From Deltaproteobacteria bacterium (lineage in GTDB: Bacteria; JAGRBM01; JAHCIT01), in assembly GCA_026129095.1 (NCBI GenBank), contig JAHCIT010000004.1:1-64000 (forward strand): 64,000 nt of DNA, given 5' to 3'. Positions within the stretch are counted from its first letter, which is position 1. Every line of letters begins with the position of its first letter. A program made the position numbers and the translations under genes. Shown here one piece after another: positions 38,045 through 46,703 of this stretch. The notes under the pieces are model-generated. The model had not been told where the DNA came from. It did not search any database and saw only the letters and a program-made list of their open reading frames with translations.

Positions 38045-39388
38045 CTACCTGCTGACGAACACGGAGAGCTGCGCGCCGGGGCTGGAGACGAGCGACAGGT
38101 AGATGTCCCAGATCCCGTCGCCGTTCACATCCGAGGCGGCCACGTTCCAGGCGGGGCCGCTGGTCACCAGCGCCGCCGCCGGAGCGAACAAGCCCGTGGG
38201 AACCCCGTCCGCCCCCTGTCCCAGCATGATGATGGCGAAATCGCCGTTCCCCCCGATGGGGAAGACGAGGTCGGGAATGCCGTCGGTGTTGAAGTGCCCC
38301 GCGGCGATGAATGGCCCCGACCCGGAGGGCACGATCCCCGCCCGGCTGTCCGTCTCCGTCGGCACGGATGACCCGGGGCCCGGCCGGAAGGTTCCGTCGC
38401 CCCTGCCCAGCAGCGTGTGGACCGTGCAACCCGTGGCCGAATACTCGATGATGGCGAGGTCGTCGGCCCCGTCCCCGTTGAAATCCCCGGCCGCCGCCGA
38501 CCGGATCCCGGTGCCCGCGCCCCCGGTGGAGACGGTGCCGCCGGGCAGCGAGACCACCTCGTGCCGCGGGGCGGAGAACGTCCCGGCGAGGTTCCGCGGG
38601 AGACAACCCGGCGGGGGGACGGCGGCCCCGCATCCGAGCAGGACCGATACGCTGCCGTCGCCGTAGTTCACCGTCACCACGTCCGGCCTGCCGTCCCGGT
38701 TGAGGTCCAGCGGGGGCGGGTGGCCGGAAGCCGGGCCGAACCCTTCGGCAAGCAGGAACTGGGGTTTCAGCCCCACGCCGATGACCGGCTGGACGGGGTG
38801 CGGCTCGAACCGGCCGGAACCGGCCGCAACGAAATGGTGGACCTCGCCCAAACCGTACATGGCGACAAGGATCGCGCTGGCCGGGCGGCCGCCACCGATG
38901 ACGGCGACCGAGACGGGGCCGCTCTCCGGCGGGAAGCCAATCACCTGCCCGGTGCGGAAATGGCCCTCCCCGTCGTTCAGCATGACCGAGAGGGAACCGG
39001 GCGAATAGCCGACGACGGCGAAATCGAGCAAAGCGTCGCCGTCGAGGAACCCCGGCGCGGCGGACCGGACCAGGTTGACGCCCAGAGGGCCGCTGGACCG
39101 GAGGGTGAACGTGCCGTCGTGGATGCCGCCTCCGTCGCGGCCGTCGCCCTGGTGAAGCCACCAGGAGTTCGAGAGCGCATCCAGCACCACGATGTCGTCG
39201 AGTCCGTCCGCCCCTGAAAAGTCCCCGCGAATGAGCGTCGTGCCCTCGCCGCCCTCCATGGTCCGGTAGGCGGTTTCCCGGTCGAAGCGGGCGGCCGTCG
39301 CCGGATCGGCCCGCACTGCCGGAGCAGGCGCCACGAGGGCGGCGGCCAAACATCCGGCCAGCACCGGCCATAGCGGCTTCTGCTTCAC
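38045..39388 (-). CDS. Secreted FG-GAP/VCBS-repeat protein
   Basis: Repeated GDFxGDGxxD/DLNRDGRPD motifs. GTG start at 39388 follows GGAG and gives a signal peptide. Confidence 0.8.
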   Translation of the reverse strand: MKQKPLWPVLAGCLAAALVAPAPAVRADPATAARFDRETAYRTMEGGEGTTLIRGDFSGADGLDDIVVLDALSNSWWLHQGDGRDGGGIHDGTFTLRSSGPLGVNLVRSAAPGFLDGDALLDFAVVGYSPGSLSVMLNDGEGHFRTGQVIGFPPESGPVSVAVIGGGRPASAILVAMYGLGEVHHFVAAGSGRFEPHPVQPVIGVGLKPQFLLAEGFGPASGHPPPLDLNRDGRPDVVTVNYGDGSVSVLLGCGAAVPPPGCLPRNLAGTFSAPRHEVVSLPGGTVSTGGAGTGIRSAAAGDFNGDGADDLAIIEYSATGCTVHTLLGRGDGTFRPGPGSSVPTETDSRAGIVPSGSGPFIAAGHFNTDGIPDLVFPIGGNGDFAIIMLGQGADGVPTGLFAPAAALVTSGPAWNVAASDVNGDGIWDIYLSLVSSPGAQLSVFVSR

Positions 39389-39600
39389 TCGCTCTCCCTC
39401 TGGCCGGGCAGCGGCCCGGACTGCCGACGGCGCACATCGCGCCTCTGTAATAATATTTGAGAATCCGTTATTCTGCCGTGACACGAGGCACGGATGGGGG
39501 CGAAGCGGACCGGAAACCAGTTCATGTTTATGCTTGATTAGGCCCTGCTTGCCGATATAAAAATGAGCGGGCTAGCGCGGCAGATGTGGGGTTGTTCCCA

Positions 39601-40071
39601 ATGCGACCAAGAGGTTTGATTTCGTGGAACCTTAGCGAACTCGCCCTCGCCCTGAAAATCGATGAAAAAGATGTGCGAGAATATTTTACTGACGGAAGGC
39701 GTATCTCCTTCCTGCTTGAAAGACGGCTCGCGGCAGAGGTCGGTGGGCAGCTTGCACCGTCTGAAGGAGCTGGGTTCGACTTGATTGACGCCCAAGGTCA
39801 CAAGTGGGAAGTGAGGAGTATTTCCAAGGGGGGAATTTATTTTTGTCCCAGCTACATGGTCGGCTCAGGACGAGCCTTCGTAGAAACCGGTTTCATTGAA
39901 AAGCTTGACCATATTGCCGGATTTTTGGTGTCCGATATCGAAGCTTTTCCGGACGTCCCATATTGGGAAATACCGCATTCAGCCGTGCGGCAGTGGTGGA
40001 ATCAAAATCAACTGGGTACAACAACAAAAGTAACCCGGGGCAAGGCATTAACGCTGATATCCGATTTGTAA
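39601..40071 (+). CDS. Putative type II restriction endonuclease, PD-(D/E)xK-like
   Basis: EGAGFDLIDAQGHKWEVRSI motif; low GC; directly upstream of the MTase. Confidence 0.55.
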   Translation: MRPRGLISWNLSELALALKIDEKDVREYFTDGRRISFLLERRLAAEVGGQLAPSEGAGFDLIDAQGHKWEVRSISKGGIYFCPSYMVGSGRAFVETGFIEKLDHIAGFLVSDIEAFPDVPYWEIPHSAVRQWWNQNQLGTTTKVTRGKALTLISDL

Positions 40072-40080
40072 TTTATAACC

Positions 40081-41385
40081 ATGAAAGCACTTCAACACGA
40101 TTTTTTTGATACCCACAATTCCGGTCATGTGGACGCGCAGTTATCTCCAAACCTACTGAAAGACGAACTTTCACGTTTCAGCGAGTTTGGCAAACAGACA
40201 ATAGTCAATTCCAATAGCACCATTGTTAATGCTTCAAATAACGAAACATTTCATATCAGTTATTACATAAATGAATTCTGGACTGCAAAGCAACGTGCTG
40301 CTCATTCAATTCATGAGATCTCTTACCGCGCCTGTTTCAAACCGCAGTTACCGCGCTTTTTCATTGAGCGGCTGACCAGTCCAAAGGATATGGTTTATGA
40401 CCCGTTTATGGGGCGCGGGACCACCATAATCGAGGCCGCATTGCTGGGCAGAACCCCGGCAGGATGCGACGTAAACCCGCTAAGTCAGGTCATCGTGAGA
40501 CCAAGACTGGAACCGCCGGATATAAATGATATTGAGAAACGGTTACGCACCATAGATTTCGATTCGCCACAGGATATCCCTGACGATTTGCTTGTATTCT
40601 ATCATCCCCGAACATTGCAGCATATTTGTGCCCTTCGAAACTACTTGCTGCACAAGGCGGGGAATAAATCCCTGGATAAGGTGGACCGATGGATTCAGAT
40701 GGTTGCAATAAACAGATTAACCGGCCACTCCCGCGGTTTTTTTTCCGTATACACCATGCCGCCTAACCAGGCGGTTTCGGTTGAAACCCAGCGCAAGATC
40801 AATTCTCAACGAAACCAGTCCCCAGATGAGCGTAACATCAGTGCAATCATACTTAAAAAAACAAAGTCTCTGCAAAAGGATCTGACCAGAACTGATCTAG
40901 AGCGCCTCACCAGTGCATCATTACGATCGTTACTGTTAACCGGGCAATCCAGCAATACACCGGATATCCCATCGGAATCGGTTTCCCTAGTCGTGACATC
41001 CCCGCCTTTTCTGGATGTGGTTGATTATGCCGGAGATAACTGGTTGCGTTGCTGGTTTTTGGGAATTGATGCTCAATCGCTCGCAATCACCATGTCCAGG
41101 AAACTTGCTGACTGGATGAACAACATGACCGCCGTCCTGAAAGAAGTGTGTCGTGTCTTGAAGCCCGGCGGCTATGTCGCATTTGAAGTCGGCGAAGTAA
41201 GAGGCGGAAAAGTCCGCCTTGAAGAGGCAGTCGTGCCATGTGGCATATCTGCTGGACTGGGCCCGGTTCTGGTTCTCATTAATGACCAGAAATTTACCAA
41301 AACAGCGAATTGCTGGGGCGTGGACAACAATTCAAAGGGCACCAATACCAACCGGATCATAGTATTCCAGAAGCCCCCTACCTGA
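40081..41385 (+). CDS. Amino-DNA methyltransferase (probably N4-cytosine; motif I before motif IV)
   Basis: DPFMGRGTT SAM motif, VTSPPF catalytic motif and RVLKPGG; low GC. Confidence 0.85.
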   Translation: MKALQHDFFDTHNSGHVDAQLSPNLLKDELSRFSEFGKQTIVNSNSTIVNASNNETFHISYYINEFWTAKQRAAHSIHEISYRACFKPQLPRFFIERLTSPKDMVYDPFMGRGTTIIEAALLGRTPAGCDVNPLSQVIVRPRLEPPDINDIEKRLRTIDFDSPQDIPDDLLVFYHPRTLQHICALRNYLLHKAGNKSLDKVDRWIQMVAINRLTGHSRGFFSVYTMPPNQAVSVETQRKINSQRNQSPDERNISAIILKKTKSLQKDLTRTDLERLTSASLRSLLLTGQSSNTPDIPSESVSLVVTSPPFLDVVDYAGDNWLRCWFLGIDAQSLAITMSRKLADWMNNMTAVLKEVCRVLKPGGYVAFEVGEVRGGKVRLEEAVVPCGISAGLGPVLVLINDQKFTKTANCWGVDNNSKGTNTNRIIVFQKPPT

Positions 41386-43300
41386 TCCCGTAGCGGGCGA
41401 TCTTCTTCATGAAGCCCTGGCGGGAGAAGCCGAGGAGTTCGGCGGCGCGGGTGCGGTTGCCGCCGGTGGCGAGCAGGGTTTCCTGGAGGATCTCGCGCTC
41501 GCGCTGCTCAAGGAGCGCCTTCAGCGTGCCGTTGCCCCGGTCGGCGTCGCCCTCCCCGCCCGGTCCGCCGTCCGTCACGCGCTCCGAGAGGTGCTCCGGC
41601 CCCACCTCGGTCCCGCCGTCCAGGTTGATGACGGCCCGCTGCATCTCGTTCTCCAGCTCGCGCACGTTGCCGGGCCAGCCGTAGGCCAGTATCGCCTGCC
41701 GGGCGGCTTCCGAGAGCACGGGCGCCGGGCGGCCGCCCTCGCGGGCGAGCTTGCGGAGAAAATGCGCGGCGAGCAGCGCGGCGTCCTCGCCCCGCTCCCG
41801 GAGCGGCGGCACGCGCACGGGGAAAACGCTCAGGCGGTAAAAAAGATCCTCGCGGAACCGGCCCGCCTTCACCTCCGTTTCGAGGTTCTTGTTCGACGCG
41901 CTCACGATCCGCACGTCCGCCTTGCGGGTTTCGGTGGCGCCCACCGGGCTGAACTCGCCTTCCTGCAACACCCGGAGCAGTTTCACCTGCATCGCGGCCG
42001 GCATGTCGCCCACCTCGTCCAGGAACAGCGTGCCTCCGTCGCAGATCTCGAACAGCCCCTTCTTGTCGTTCATGGCCCCGGTGAAAGCGCCCTTGACGTG
42101 GCCAAAGAGCTCGCTCTCCAGCAGCGTCTCGGCCAGCGCGGCGCAGTTGACGGCGCGGAACTCCCCCTGCGCGGCCCTGGGGCCGCCGTAGTGGATGGCG
42201 CGGGCGACCAGTTCCTTGCCGGTGCCCGTCTCGCCCTCGATGAGCACGGTCGTGTCGGTGCCGATCACCTTGCGGAGCTTCTCGAACACCGCCTGCATGG
42301 GGACAGAGCCTCCCACGATGTCCCCCAGCGAGCGGCCGAACTGCGAGCGCCAGTAGGTGTTCTCCTCGGCGAGCCTGTCGGCCTTCTTCCTCAGTTCCTC
42401 CACCAGTTCGAGGTTTTCCACCACCCGCGAGGTGACGCCGGAGATCACCAGGAGAAGGTCCAGGTCGCGCTCGTCGAACGCCCTCGCCTCGGTCTTGTTG
42501 TCGATCTGGATGATCGCCCGGAACTCGCCCTGGCTCATCACCGGGGCGCACAGGCAGGACAGTATCTTCGACGCCGCCACCGACCCGGCCGTGGGGAACC
42601 GGGCCGGCACGTCCTCGACCAGAAGGCATTCGCGGCGGGCGGCCATCTGCTCCAGCAGCGAGCGCGAGAGGATGAAGGGCTCCTGCGGCGCCGCGCCCGA
42701 CTGGGTGCGCGAGACGGCCGCCTCGAACCGCTTGCGGCGGTTCTTCACCAGGATCGTCACCCGCGAGGCCTTCTCGAAGGCGGCCACGGCGGCGTCGGCC
42801 ACCGCCTCCCAGGCTTCCTCCGGGCGGCGGACCTGTTCCAGCTTCCGCCACAGCCGGTAGACCTGCGCGAGGGCGGCCGTGTCGCGCCCGATCCGGCCGT
42901 CCACGGTGGCGCGGTCCTCGGCCTTGCGGACCGACAGCACCGTCCGGGTGTCGTCGCCGGGGTCCGCGCCGCCGGTCTCCGGCAGGAGGACCGATGCCCG
43001 GAACGACATGTCCGACTGGACGCCCCCCAGGGTCAGGATGTCGCCGGGGAGGATTTCGAGCCGTTCGGACCTGAACAGCCGGTCCCTGCCGTCCCGGGTG
43101 AGGACGGTCCCGTTGGTCGAATCGAGGTCCGAAAAGTAGAGCTTTTCGCCCGACCGGTAGAGCTGGCCGTGCTCGCCCGACACGTAGGGGTTGTCAATGG
43201 CGATGTCGCAGGAGGCCCGCCGCCCGAAGGTGACGGCCTCGCGGTCCATCTCGACCTGTTCGCCCTTGCGGGGGCCGGCGATGAATTCGATCCGGATCAT
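41378..43300 (-). CDS. Sigma54-dependent activator, FHA-GAF-AAA-HTH
   Basis: FHA (FGR, VSGEH, STNGT), GAF, GETGTGKE, GAFTGA, WPGNVREL and Fis HTH. Confidence 0.93.
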   Translation of the reverse strand: MIRIEFIAGPRKGEQVEMDREAVTFGRRASCDIAIDNPYVSGEHGQLYRSGEKLYFSDLDSTNGTVLTRDGRDRLFRSERLEILPGDILTLGGVQSDMSFRASVLLPETGGADPGDDTRTVLSVRKAEDRATVDGRIGRDTAALAQVYRLWRKLEQVRRPEEAWEAVADAAVAAFEKASRVTILVKNRRKRFEAAVSRTQSGAAPQEPFILSRSLLEQMAARRECLLVEDVPARFPTAGSVAASKILSCLCAPVMSQGEFRAIIQIDNKTEARAFDERDLDLLLVISGVTSRVVENLELVEELRKKADRLAEENTYWRSQFGRSLGDIVGGSVPMQAVFEKLRKVIGTDTTVLIEGETGTGKELVARAIHYGGPRAAQGEFRAVNCAALAETLLESELFGHVKGAFTGAMNDKKGLFEICDGGTLFLDEVGDMPAAMQVKLLRVLQEGEFSPVGATETRKADVRIVSASNKNLETEVKAGRFREDLFYRLSVFPVRVPPLRERGEDAALLAAHFLRKLAREGGRPAPVLSEAARQAILAYGWPGNVRELENEMQRAVINLDGGTEVGPEHLSERVTDGGPGGEGDADRGNGTLKALLEQREREILQETLLATGGNRTRAAELLGFSRQGFMKKIARYGIR

Positions 43301-43512
43301 CTCTAAGGGGGTTATCCTACACGGGCATGGCCCGAAAAGGGTATTTTCGGCGTAACTGCCTGATATATTTATGTATTTTAAGTTTCAGCCGGTTCCCAAG
43401 CGAATAACCGTTGCCGCCCGCCCCCGCCTCCGTTAGGCTCTTGTGCTGCTTTGGGGAAAGAACAGCCTCTCCTTTATAACGCAACGCGACAGGCAGCAGG
43501 CAAACGAACCGT

Positions 43513-44376
43513 TTGAAACTCAAGAACCTCACCTACCCGCTTCTAAAGAAGGCCATAGACCTCTATGTGGCCCGGGCCTATCCGGCCAAGATCATCCCCG
43601 AACGGCTGCTGGGCATCCTCGAACTGAGGGGCCTCGAAAAAAAGAGCGGCTGGAAGGACGTGGTCCAGTGGCCCGAATGGGAACGGACCCCGCCCAAGGC
43701 CGGCCCGGCCGAGGTGACGCGGCTCCAGCTCCGGCTGGGGAATGCCTCCTATCCGCACATGAAGCTGTCGCTCGACCGGATTTCGGACACCGACGAGTTC
43801 ATCTGGAGCGTTGATACCCACGACCAGAAGGTGATCGAGCTGGGCGGCGGGACGGAGAAGTACAAGAAGCTCCAGGAGGAGAACCAGCGGTTCCGGCACG
43901 AAATCGAGGCCGACTGGACGGCCGCCGGGATCAGCACCCAGAAGAGTTACTGCGAGGAGATCACCGAGCAGACGCCGCCCCCGGCCCGGATCAGCGAGAA
44001 CGCCGCCCGCGCCCTCCTCATTGACGACGATGACGAGATCCTCTGCCTGGAGCGGGTGCTGCTGGAGCACGAGGGGTTCCGGGTCTTTACCGCGAAAAGC
44101 TCCGCGGAGGCGGTGCAGGTGTTCGAGCAGTCCAAACCGTTCGACATCTGCCTCGTGGACGTGATGATGCAGGACCGCACGGGCGTGGACCTGCTGAAGG
44201 AGCTCCGCACGCGCCACGGCCTCAACTGCCCGGTCGCCTTCATCACCGCCATGATCGACCCGCCCGTCAAGCCCGAACCGAACCTCGCCGTCATCAAGAA
44301 GCCCTTCGACTCCCGCGAACTCCTCAAGACCGTGCACGACCTCATGGAAGGCAGCAGGGACCAGCGCGCCGGATGA
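43513..44376 (+). CDS. Response regulator with uncharacterised N-terminal domain
   Basis: C-terminal REC (IDDD, DVMM, TA, KPF). TTG start. Confidence 0.8.
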   Translation: MKLKNLTYPLLKKAIDLYVARAYPAKIIPERLLGILELRGLEKKSGWKDVVQWPEWERTPPKAGPAEVTRLQLRLGNASYPHMKLSLDRISDTDEFIWSVDTHDQKVIELGGGTEKYKKLQEENQRFRHEIEADWTAAGISTQKSYCEEITEQTPPPARISENAARALLIDDDDEILCLERVLLEHEGFRVFTAKSSAEAVQVFEQSKPFDICLVDVMMQDRTGVDLLKELRTRHGLNCPVAFITAMIDPPVKPEPNLAVIKKPFDSRELLKTVHDLMEGSRDQRAG

Positions 44377-45542
44377 GCGGCCCCCTCCTGGCAAGCGGCC
44401 AGGCCCGGTTCAGGACCTGGCTGCCGACGCGGATCTTCGGCGGCGCGGGCTCGGCCGGAAAGGCCGCCAGAATCGCCGCCGACACCGGCATCCGCAAGGC
44501 CATTCTCGTCTCCGACCGGGGCCTTGAGGCCGCCGCCCGGACACTCGCCGAAGCGCTCGGCCCCCTGCACGCCTGCACCTTCCTCGACGTGGAGCCCGAT
44601 ACCGGCGTCGAAATCATCGACCGGGCGACCGAGCTGGCGCGCCGCCACTCGGCCGATGGTGTCGTGAGCCTGGGCGGCGGGTCGGTCATGGACACGGCGA
44701 AAGGTGTCGCCGCGGCCCTGAAAACCGAAGGCTCCGTGCGGCCGCTCATCGGCACCGGGACGATGAAGGGAAAGACGGCCGCGCCGCACCTCGGCATTCC
44801 CACCACGGCCGGCGCCGGCAGCGAAGTGACCTGCGCGGCGGTGATCCGCGACGGCGCGGCCAAGCTCGTCTTCTGGGACGACGCCCTCTACCCCGCCGCC
44901 GCGATCCTGGACCCGCTGCTCACGCTGAAGCTCCCGGCCCGGCTCACCGCCGCCACCGGCATGGACGCCCTCACCCACGCGGTCGAGGCGGTCCATTCGC
45001 TCTCGTCGGGGCCGCTCACCGACGCGCTGGCGCTCCATGCGGTCTCGCTCATTTCGGGCAGCCTGCGCGAGGCGGTCCACCTGCCTGGGAACCCCGACGC
45101 CCGGATGTCGATGCTTGTCGCCTCGAATCTCGCCGGTCAGGCGATCTCGAACGCGTTTCTGGGGTCGGTCCATGCGCTCGCCCACAGCGTGGGCGCGCAC
45201 TGCCGCGTCCACCACGGCACGGCGAATGCTATCCTGCTTCCCCATGTGATGCGGATGAACCTGGAACTGAACCCGGAGTTCTGCGCCCCGCGCTATGCCG
45301 CCGTGGGCCGGGCGCTCGGCGTGCCGCACGGAAGCCCGGAGGAGCTTTCGCTCCGGGCGGTCCAGCGGATCGGGGCGCTGATCCGCGAGGTGGACCTGCC
45401 CTCACGCCTGCGCGACGTGAATGTGCCGCCGGGAAGCGGCGCCCTCCTGGCCGAGGGGGCGATGGCCGACATCTCCCACCGCACCAACCCCGTCCCCATG
45501 ACCCGCGAGCTGTTCGAGCAGCTTGCAGAACGGGCGTGGTGA
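44373..45542 (+). CDS. Iron-containing alcohol dehydrogenase
   Basis: LGGGSVMDTAK, IPTTAGAGSEVT, GMDALTHAVE, HALAH and HHG. Confidence 0.92.
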   Translation: MSGPLLASGQARFRTWLPTRIFGGAGSAGKAARIAADTGIRKAILVSDRGLEAAARTLAEALGPLHACTFLDVEPDTGVEIIDRATELARRHSADGVVSLGGGSVMDTAKGVAAALKTEGSVRPLIGTGTMKGKTAAPHLGIPTTAGAGSEVTCAAVIRDGAAKLVFWDDALYPAAAILDPLLTLKLPARLTAATGMDALTHAVEAVHSLSSGPLTDALALHAVSLISGSLREAVHLPGNPDARMSMLVASNLAGQAISNAFLGSVHALAHSVGAHCRVHHGTANAILLPHVMRMNLELNPEFCAPRYAAVGRALGVPHGSPEELSLRAVQRIGALIREVDLPSRLRDVNVPPGSGALLAEGAMADISHRTNPVPMTRELFEQLAERAW

Positions 45543-45562
45543 GCGGGGGGGGCTGATGACCC

Positions 45563-46636
45563 CTACCCCACCGGCAGGACGATCCTGAACACGGTGCCGC
45601 CTCCGGGCGGGCAGTCGGCGCTGATGGTTCCGCCGTGGAGCAGAACCGCCCGGCGGGTGATTGGCAGGCCGAGGCCGGTCCCGCGGCTCTTGGTCGTGAA
45701 GAACGGGTCGAAGATCCGCTCCCTCGCCTCCGGCGGAATGCCCGGCCCCGTGTCCCTGATGGTGATCTCCGCCGCCGCCCCGCTCCGGGCCACGCCGATG
45801 GCGATGGAACCCTGGCCCTTCATCGCCTGCGCCGCGTTGAGAAGGAGGTTCATGACCGCTTCCCTGAGGAGGTCGGGATCGGCGTTCAGCCGCACGTCGT
45901 CGCCGGAGACGCGGACACTCACCCCGCCGCAGGCGGGATCCCGGTCCAGCAGGGCGCCCGAATCATTGAGAAGGGGCAGCAGCCCGATGCGCCGGAAGCT
46001 GGGCGGCCGGGGACGGCCGTAGACCAGCAGGTGATTGACCGTATCGTTCAGGCTGGCGAGCCGGTCCATGATCTCGCCGATCACGGCCCGGTCCCGGCTG
46101 TCTTCCGGGAGGCGGCCGCCGATGATCTGTATCGCGCCGCCGATTCCGGCGAGCGGGTTCCGCACCTCGTGAGCGACGACCGTGACCATCTCGCCGAGGT
46201 GGGCGAGAGCCTTCTGCTCCACCAGCGACGCCTGGGCGTCCTCCAGCCGCTTCTGGAGCCGCCGGAAAAACCACAGCCCCGCCGCCGTTGCCCAGACCGC
46301 CGTCAGCGACATCATCCGGTTGAAAATGGCGAACTGGTCGAACTCGTGGCCGAGCGTGGGCTTGAGGAAATAGCCCAGGACCGCCAGCAGCGTGACCGCC
46401 ACTGTCACCGCGAACATGGCGGCCGTGCCCCCGGCCTGGAAGGCCAGCAATAGCGGGATGATATACAGCACCGGCACGGCCAGCCCCCGCGGCGTCAGGC
46501 AGTCGGTGGCGAAAATGGCCGCGGCGATGGCGATGGTGGCCGCCACCAGCACCCACCGGCGCGCACCGGGGCTGTTCAGGGATTCAGGCATTTCAGGTCC
46601 GGTCCTGCGGAACCCTCCCGGCCCTTCGGCCATCAT
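45563..46636 (-). CDS. Membrane sensor histidine kinase
   Basis: About 4 TMs; AHEVRNPL, NLLLNA, DTGPG and FFTTKSRGTGLGL. Start may be 46591. Confidence 0.9.
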   Translation of the reverse strand: MMAEGPGGFRRTGPEMPESLNSPGARRWVLVAATIAIAAAIFATDCLTPRGLAVPVLYIIPLLLAFQAGGTAAMFAVTVAVTLLAVLGYFLKPTLGHEFDQFAIFNRMMSLTAVWATAAGLWFFRRLQKRLEDAQASLVEQKALAHLGEMVTVVAHEVRNPLAGIGGAIQIIGGRLPEDSRDRAVIGEIMDRLASLNDTVNHLLVYGRPRPPSFRRIGLLPLLNDSGALLDRDPACGGVSVRVSGDDVRLNADPDLLREAVMNLLLNAAQAMKGQGSIAIGVARSGAAAEITIRDTGPGIPPEARERIFDPFFTTKSRGTGLGLPITRRAVLLHGGTISADCPPGGGTVFRIVLPVG

Positions 46637-46703
46637 CCGGGAGATTTCAACGCAAAACCGTCTTGCTGGATATGACGAATGACAGGTACCCGGCGGGAAA
46701 GGG

